Source of the DNA: Hormiphora californensis
Taxonomy: Eukaryota; Animalia; Ctenophora
Direction: 5' to 3'
Assembly (NCBI GenBank): GCA_020137815.1
Contig: CM035362.1
Coordinates: 2,604,001 to 2,668,000, forward strand
DNA: 64,000 nt
The translations under genes were made by a program, and so were the position numbers. The notes under the pieces are model-generated. The model searched no databases, had not been told where the DNA came from, and saw only the letters and a list, made by a program, of their open reading frames with translations. Shown in pieces: positions 63,619 to 64,000 of the stretch (its first letter is position 1; each line of letters begins with the position of its first letter).

Positions 63619-64000
63619 ACACCTATCTTCTCCATCGATTCAACCCCCACACAAACTTCCCCCGGTCATGCGTAGGGGTTTACCGAGATAATAAAAGCTA
63701 GATCAATCGTCGATTTCAGGACGGGTTTAGCCTTTTTTATAGCCCCCCCACGTCCCACCCCCGTATGTGATAATCGGCTGCCAGCTCTTACTAGAATTGA
63801 ATAATGACCGAATTAAGTTCCTGCTACTACACATCGAGGGGCCCTATTGTGCTTGTACAATTTGTTATAAACCCTGTATAAATGCCATTAAATTGATGGT
63901 TGCCCTAATGTCCTACATTATAATTTACATATTCAACATATTCGGTGTGTTTTACTGTCAGCTTTCTAGTGTCAAGACTGAGTCCCAGGTCCCTACTAGG

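Overview
This is eukaryotic (animal) genomic DNA with many short GT-AG introns. The gene style and a neuropeptide-like precursor suggest a ctenophore, but that is inference only. Genes traced by hand: a polypeptide GalNAc-transferase (minus, 3961 to <1, truncated by the window); an UNC93/MFSD11-like MFS transporter (minus, 4953-10555); an 84-aa secreted neuropeptide-like precursor (minus, 12941-14042); an uncharacterised 5-exon gene (plus, 31173-33128); a BK-channel beta-subunit-like ORF with about 43 heptapeptide repeats and two lesions (minus, 34570-36172); and an ABCA transporter of about 56 exons (plus, 37330-62194) with a nested antisense ORF. About 17 kb (14.1-31.1 kb) is gene-poor and rich in microsatellites. 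At least four MITE families and three long fold-back palindromes are present. The most striking pattern is that many introns carry 2-17 tandem copies of the adjacent splice junction plus partial exon. These intronic copies differ from the used exon mostly at synonymous codon positions.
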